A stretch of 64,000 nt of DNA, from contig OZ241826.1 in assembly GCA_965202585.1 (NCBI GenBank), positions 71,734,001-71,798,000 on the forward strand. The letters run 5' to 3'. The DNA comes from Thalia democratica (lineage: Eukaryota). Below are positions 63,101 to 64,000 of this stretch, in pieces. The translations under genes and the position numbers were made by a program. Below the pieces are notes generated by a model. That model did no database searches and was not told the DNA's origin. It saw nothing but the letters and a program-made list of their open reading frames with translations. Position 1 is the stretch's first letter. Each line of letters opens with the position of its first letter.

Positions 63101-64000
63101 GTGCAACTTTCGTAAGTATAAAATTTTACCAGTTTGTACTTTTTTGTAGAAAAACCTTGCAAAACTATGTCATCTTTGAAGTAATTTTTTTGATTTAGAC
63201 TAAACTTTTCTTGATAGCAAAAAACTAGCATATCAATATGAATTTTTATTTAAATATTATACTAAACCATAAACAATCGATTTTTTATTACGTTTATTTC
63301 AGATTTTATCAGGGGTCGCACAATAAACCAGTCAAAATATACCCTTAATTTGTAAGATGCAATTTTTTGTTAGTTTAGTATAATAGCTGAGTTTATAAAA
63401 CAGGATAGACAATTACTTTTTAACGTGCTTAAAACTTTACAGACTTTATCATAAATATTGTACAGAATTTATGAAGCTATGCTTTAGATATATTTTTTTG
63501 CTTTTTACTTTAAGTTTAGAAAAGTTCTGTTTGCCTAATAGTTACAATAAAAATTCCATACTTTTATACTTCATTTTTTTTAAAGTCAATCTCAAGGTAA
63601 AGTGGTTTTAGTGAACTTTATTTTACTTTAACAAAGTTGTCGTATTGGCAATGAGCATATCGACCAAATTTACTCAAACATGACATTTTAATTTATACAA
63701 AATTCAATTTGCAATTGATTTTATTCACTGTTCAGTTCTCTTAGTTCTTTATTTTTTCTGCTTACACTGTTTTATAGAATTTCTTAACAATTTGGCAGTA
63801 CTGAAAAGTTATTTAATATTGTGTTCATTTGTTTTTGACGCTAAGTAGTAAACTATGACACAAACTTATACAATTTGTTACAAGATTATATACAATCAAA
63901 TCTCGTATTTTATTATTAGAATACAGAAATATCTAATCTAGATTAAACGTACCTTTTTTGAATAAGTTTTTCTGAATATGTTTTGACTAGCGGGGTTTGA

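Noticed and set aside
60200-64000. Short ORFs 61105-61299, 61236-61451 and 62238-62441
   Set aside because: No motifs or coherent exon chain; the last overlaps a dispersed repeat.

Overview
Very AT-rich, intron-rich animal genomic DNA with GC-richer exons. A tunicate-like invertebrate chordate is my guess, not demonstrated. Five multi- or single-exon genes can be assembled by hand with consistent splice phases: MED21 (-), intronless FOPNL/CEP20 (-), the ParaHox gene Xlox/Pdx (+, isolated from Gsx/Cdx), a 27-exon ~2,240-aa plakin-repeat protein (+), and kinesin KIF6 (-). The most unusual object is the plakin-repeat gene. It has no actin-binding, plakin or rod domain. Instead it has an N-terminal transmembrane signal-anchor, a poly-Ser/Glu/Val repeat stalk with TQT (LC8-type) motifs, three plakin repeat domains plus a plectin-type linker, and an acidic tail with several FFAT-like motifs. 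That makes it a candidate membrane-to-intermediate-filament-to-ER tether. The 4-16 kb region holds three clear and one degenerate hammerhead ribozyme motifs, an inverted chimera of two diverged Penelope-like elements, several MITEs and degenerate gene fragments. All exon coordinates were read by eye and need RNA confirmation.
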